Notes under the pieces: model-generated
Databases searched by the model: none
Told to the model about the DNA's origin: nothing
What the model saw: only the letters and a program-made list of their open reading frames with translations
Program-made: the position numbers and the translations under genes
Shown here: one piece after another, positions 55,388 through 64,000 of the stretch
Layout of the letters: each line of letters begins with the position of its first letter
Numbering within the stretch: the first letter of the stretch is position 1
Source: Paraspadella gotoi
Taxonomy: Eukaryota; Animalia; Chaetognatha
DNA length: 64,000 nucleotides
Direction: 5' to 3'
Assembly: GCA_051294375.1 (NCBI GenBank)
Contig: JBJCIZ010000239.1
Span: forward strand, 3,298,523-3,362,522

Positions 55388-56544
55388 TCGCGCACTTCCG
55401 ACGAGGGAACCGAAGGAACTGAGGGAACGGCGCTGATTGGATGGGATGATCGGATGATTATAAATTCCTGGAAGAAAATGCCAAAATGTAGGAGAATAAA
55501 TATTTATCGACGTTAGAACTAATTTTTTAAATTAAAATTTAATAGTATCGATCTTAAATTATAACTTATTCGCAAAATAAATATGACTTCCAGCCAATGA
55601 GAACAGCAAAACTTCTCGAACATTCCGGCTTCCGCGGCCGGCGTTTGTTAAATGCTGAACGCTGATTGGCCGAGACATCGCTCTGGTTCCGAGCTCGACC
55701 AATGAGACAACCGCGTCTCCGGCGAGGGGACCATGTGGGACACACGAGGGACAGAAGGGTTTAGGGGGGGGGGCCCGCTGATGGTAACGGACTGGTCAGA
55801 CTGGTCTTTGGCTTGGGACAAAGCATTCCGGACTGACTAACTGAAACTGAGTACTCGACCGAAACGAAACTGAGTGCGAGGAAAAAGAACAAGGATAAAA
55901 ACGTGTGACAATGAATCCTTATACTTTACGGTCAAGGGTAAAATCCTGCAGAAGACATAATTAATTTAACATATAAAACAAACATACCTTAGTATGCACC
56001 AGTGAGCTATATTTATATACAGTAATAAGTATATAAGCTAAAATTTAAATTTTTTTTAAATTTTAAAATAGGATTTGGATTCCTTACAAAAGTTTGATAT
56101 AAGAAAGTATAATTCTTTTTTAAAAATTCTTTCATTAAATTAGTCAAAAATATAAAAAACTATTTAAGATACCGATTTTCATTTTCCAACTTAAAAATAG
56201 TTTTATAATTTTAATTATTAAAAAAGATTTATATTTTTTTATTAACTTTTTATGGGGAATCTGCTCTCAGAATAAAAAAAATCATTTTGAAATTTTGACA
56301 TTATATAAAGGTAATATTATATACAAAATAAGCTGACCTGGCTACTACATTTGTAAAAAAAAAATTAGATTAATATTTACTAATATGATAATTTTTAAAA
56401 TATAACTGCTAAATTTTCATTCCCAACTTTTACTTTATCCTAATAATCATAATAGAGTTAAAAGGGTTTCAACAGTAACGCAACAGATTTATGACCCAAC
56501 CGCAAAAACGTAAAATAAATAATAAAAATTTTCAGTGATTTTTC

Positions 56545-56670
56545 AAAAGCCAAAACCCCGATCAGATAAAGTAGAGGTTAGGTAGGTTTAAGGTTAGGGT
56601 ATTTCAGAATTTTATTTAGAGCGTTTTCAAAAAACGCCAATACCTCGGTCGGCGAAAGTAAAATTTTTCC
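56545..56670. mobile_element. Degenerate copy of the telomere-repeat MITE family
   Basis: ggttaggtaggtttaaggttagggt...cggtcggcgaaagtaaaatttttcc. Confidence 0.55.
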
Positions 56671-57733
56671 AAAAGGTTTTTGCAATCAACTTCGGTTACT
56701 TTCCTAACATAGAAACTGAAATATCGAAGATCTAGACGTCAGTCAAAACGAAATGCCGAATTTTTAGCTTTTGGCCAAACTTATTTAGATTGCATATAAG
56801 TTAAATATCATTCACGTATAATAATCAGCAAGCCGTATTGAACGTATTTCAGGGAAATGTAAGTCATACAATACACTACTAGCAGACACTAATACTAATT
56901 GGATTGACTAATCTGAAAAATGTGGGTTATACTTGTAGCTGTTAAACTGATAATTATCAAATCAAGCTGAATTCAAACATTTTCGGGTATTCAACTAAGG
57001 ACGAGTTTGATGGAGAGCTATAGCATAAAGTTTTTTGACATCTATCTTTACTTTTAGAACAGATTAGCAGTTTTCCCTAATGACCTAAACGAGGAAAAAA
57101 AAGATCAATTTTAAGAGACGAGATGGAAGTAAACAAACGTACGATACACATTTATTCGTCACTGATAAAAACGCAACTGAGAGCGACGATTCGAAAACCG
57201 ATCTCGTCGCTGGGCGAAAACGCGCGGCGACATTCCGATGGGCATCATAATCGGCTAAATTTTAAAATATAAATTCTTAGTACATACCAATCAATGAACG
57301 GGCTAATCAGTTTTAAGTAATGAAAAATCCTCATCGAGAAAAACCAAAGACGCTCGTGTTTTTTGTAATTTGGATTTAAAAACGTCGATACGTGGAATGT
57401 ATTCGCGCGATGGATTGAAATATATTAACAAAATGGAGCGTCGCTCGAATCATTATTATATATCGCCGGATTAAATAAATGCGATGGAAAAAAAAAAAGC
57501 AATGATGTAAATGTGGAGATAAACTTTGAAGATAAAGCCACGGCGACTAGTTTCGCGCCGCGTTTTGGTCCCTAAAACTCCCGAGTCTGGAATCAGCTAA
57601 GACGGCACAAGACTAAATAATCAAGGTGACAAAAAGATGGCGAAAATGACACATTTGTGATCGATAGAGGGCGAGAAAGGGGGGAAGAGTGTGGAGAGGG
57701 CGTGGGATCACAGGGGCTGGAGAGTTAGTCTCT

Positions 57734-60928
<3,195 letters not shown>

Positions 60929-61099
60929 TTTCGTGTGTGTTGTTGGATGAGAAAGACTCGGACGATTAAGGAATAAATTAAGTAAATTCTATTGGGGAGC
61001 GAACGCACAAATAATGAGAAGTTATTTTAGTAAACGCGGAAAATTCCGAACGACAGTAAATTTCTCGATGAGACTGAAGAAGCCACGCGGGGTTGAGGA

Positions 61100-61203
61100 T
61101 TTAAAGACGGGAGAGAGACGCCTCGAACATTCTAGAAGGAAAGAGGCGGAGCTTCGTCGCGCCGGATCAAGGATTTAGAGCTATTGGTCGCATTTTCTAG
61201 AAC
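61100..61203 (-). promoter_or_regulatory. Hsc70 promoter: heat shock element and TATA-like box
   Basis: GAACATTCTAGAA at 61125-61137, TTTAAA at 61100-61105, TTCTAGAA at about 61195-61202, and CCAAT-like boxes. Confidence 0.75.
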
Positions 61204-62871
61204 CCGTCGCCCGATTGGCCGAGAAGTCGAAGAAGGAAGAAAGAGTCGGATAATCACGTCGACAGGCAAAAATGCCTTGTTTTCATCGCTCAAATTTTCG
61301 GCGTCCTAGTATCTGATTGGTGGGTTTCGAGACCGGTTCATTAAATAGGAAAAAAGATCCGATCTTACGTCGCGAGTTTCGAGTTTTATTCGCCGATAGG
61401 CTCGCGACGATTTTTCCGAAGGGTCTTTGGTCGATCGGCGATAAACGGTCGGGTCGCAAAACAACCAATGACCGAGAGAACGAAATATCCAGATGATTCC
61501 AGAACAAAAGAGGAGGAGCTTGGAACGTTCCACCGACAATCACTAAGGAAAAAGTGAAACGTGGGCCGGCGAAGCGTCCCGAACCGCCAACCACCCACTT
61601 ACCAATCAATGATTCCTGCGATGGAAGAACAAGAAAGAAAAGAAAAGAAAGGAAAAGAAAAGCCAAGAAAATGAGGGGGGGGGGGAAGCAAGAAGCAAAC
61701 TTTGTTTTTTTGAATTTTGGGAATTACGGGGAGGCGAAAGCGAAATCTAAAGAAATAAAAGGCGAAAGATTGAAAACGCCCATCCCGTTGCGAGGATGGA
61801 GAAAAAATCGATTTGGTGTAATATATGTTGCATTCGAAATTTATGATAGTATATTGAATAGAATATTGAATTCAGAAAAACATTAAGATAGGTATTATTA
61901 GTAATCACTTCGGATGAATCATTGTCTGATAAAGTACTTAATTAGTTTTATTTTAACTAGATGACTAATTATATCCTGAAGATTTTGTTCAATAGAACAA
62001 AAAATGACCGGATAAAGTTTTTTTTATTAAATTAACATTCCTTCTTGATTTTTCTTGAGGTGCTCGTTGTACGTATCAACTATGTATCACGAGGTCGGAT
62101 CACGGTTTCGCCGACCAAGGCCACGTGGCTCACGAAAAATAGGGGTACGAACGGTTGAGCCACGTTGTCTCCATATTCAGCTCGGAAAACGAGTCACAAG
62201 ACCCCTCGTGTTGTAAAGCGAGCATTCATCACCAAAGGCTTTTTTATCCGTTGAAAAAAATCCAGAGTCAAACCGAGTTTACTTCTATTTTAAGGGTCAT
62301 TAAAAAGTTATGTATTAAATATACTAACTAGTGGAGTATCTTCATTGACTATTAAAAGATAGGTTAGGAAAATATTTCACTATCTTCTGTCACTCTTAAT
62401 TCCTTTCTTATTCTCTCTGTTTGCCTTACACCAAAATTAGCCACATTTCCGACAAGTCATGCTTTTGAGTTATGAATTAAGCAAACTTGTATTCGTTATT
62501 ATTGCGACGTTAGTTGCAAGTCCCGCATTCTAAATATATAATCTATAAATGATAAAAATATAATAATATCTCAAGTATGTTGTATCGATAAATGAAAAAA
62601 AAAAGATTATCGGCCAAGTTTCAAGTGGTTTTTTTATCTGAGAAAACTGCAGCATTTCGCCACCAAACATTCAAAACTTCTTGTCTGGAAATGTAATTTA
62701 AAAATTTTTAAATTACTCGACGAGGTTACAGATTCCGCTTATTCGTAATGAAATATTTCAAACCCTAACTTGTAATACGCTATTTTTATCACTCTCCATG
62801 AAAAAGGTATTGTGTCCAATTCATTTATTTGGTTTTTAAACCTAAATTTAAAAACATTAAACATTTAATTC

Positions 62872-64000
62872 ATGAATACAAACACGAGAGTTATGTCTTG
62901 CTTATTTATGAAGGTTTCGCTTTTGCTCTCGTGCTTGGGCGGTTCCTCTCGAGTGGCCGCCGCCAATTCGGCCGCTAAAATCCTTCTGCCGGAGGCGAGC
63001 GACCCTCGTGTTCAGGAAGCCGTCAATTTTGTCGAAGAAAAGCAGCTGGCGAAAGTCGAACTCGTCCCTCAGGTTGGAAGACATCACTGCTGTTGCTGAT
63101 AACGTTGACGGTTAAATTCGATCAATGAATTCGTTCACTCGTAGACGTCCCTTGACCCAGAGTTCCTCTCTCCTTTGGTCGACGCTTACTTGACTCTCTC
63201 GCCGAAATTAAATCGCGACTTAGCCGTGGAGAGGCTTCGCGATCCTCTGAGAATTGCCAATCTTAAAGTCAAGCTCAAGCAGGTAAGACCTTTTTCTGTA
63301 AGCCTTGTATAAGGAGGTGATCAATTTATAGAACGTTTGAGCTCTGAGTTATGGGGCCCGGAATGTGGCGGCCGATGAAAAAAAGATACTAATCAATTTT
63401 TAACCACTTTTTATTAGGCCAATTTGGTTTTAAAATTCCTAATTTCCCTCCCCCACTTGCCATACTTTCCTTACTTCAAGGCAGGCGGCGTGGTCGCCGG
63501 TTGTCAACGGACTACCGAAGATGTCGTTAAAACGGCGATCGAGTTTTTGCGTACGCAATATCCATTACTATTATCAATATTGATTACTATTGTTAAAAAA
63601 AAATTACCAATGTAACTATCACGAATCGCGTAATAATAATATTTCTTAACTACCAAAATGATTAGTAGTAGTAGTATCATTTTACTACTATAAATATTTT
63701 TTTCATTGTACGTCAGACGTCCCCCAATATGCCTTTTTACGGCAGGCGTCCCCAATACCCGGGTCTCCAGTTTGTTTCTGATGTTGAAAGACTCTCGACC
63801 CGTCGCGTTCGCCGACTGCGCAATGAACATTCACCCGACTGCGTGTAAGCGTATGTATGTATGAGCTATGACGATGACATCGTTTATCAAATATTATGAC
63901 TCTATTTTCATCGCAAAAGTGCAGTTATTTTTAGATTGGAAAATTAAATTAAATCAAATTTATCCAGCGGAACTGGCGCAAATTGCCGTGCAAACTTCCA
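62872..64000 (+). CDS. pta: Phosphate acetyltransferase (phosphotransacetylase, Pta/EutD, PTA_PTB family), spliced, truncated by the window end
   Basis: GT-AG exons 62872-63072, 63145-63282, 63481-63550, 63746-63844 and 63968->64000 join in phase (0,0,1,1): ...KILLPEASDPRVQEA...LRDPLRIANLKVKLKQAGGVVAGCQRTTEDVVKTAIEFLRVPNTRVSSLFLMLKDSRPVAFADCAMNIHPTASELAQIAVQTS. Alternative starts lie at 62893 and 62908. Confidence 0.85.

Noticed and set aside
55734-55910. TG...CA-bounded segment upstream of HSP90 as a solo LTR
   Set aside because: There is no target-site duplication and no second copy in the window.
62872-64000. Bacterial contamination as the source of the pta-like sequence
   Set aside because: The coding sequence is split by four spliceosomal introns with host-like AT-rich composition and is contiguous with Hsc70.

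Overview
This is eukaryotic, animal-type genomic DNA: GC-rich short exons, AT-rich spliceosomal introns and an FMR1/FXR gene. The six-frame ORF track is therefore mostly uninformative and I rebuilt genes exon by exon. Genes supported: an SLC25A38-type mitochondrial glycine carrier (+, two copies); FMR1/FXR (-, 27532-41773, with its 3' half duplicated at about 12.7-18.1 kb); a MUL1/MAPL-like GIDE protein apparently lacking its RING finger (-); cytosolic HSP90 (-); cytosolic Hsc70 (-); and, running off the right edge, a multi-intron gene for a bacterial-type phosphate acetyltransferase (Pta/EutD family, +), an enzyme not normally counted among animal genes. HSP90 and Hsc70 introns hold seven box C/D snoRNA candidates (three U14-like, U15-, U16- and U61-like, one unassigned). 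Repeats include three short Penelope-like insertions with hammerhead-ribozyme relics, inverted repeats and target-site duplications, a MITE family with telomere-like internal repeats, a tRNA-derived SINE head and a Helentron/HINE-like end. About 5.7-32.6 kb and 43.6-47.4 kb are indel-ridden tandem or inverted duplicates next to 25-N gaps and probably reflect haplotype or assembly artefacts. Family assignments come from remembered motifs, not database searches, and coordinates in the error-rich regions are approximate.
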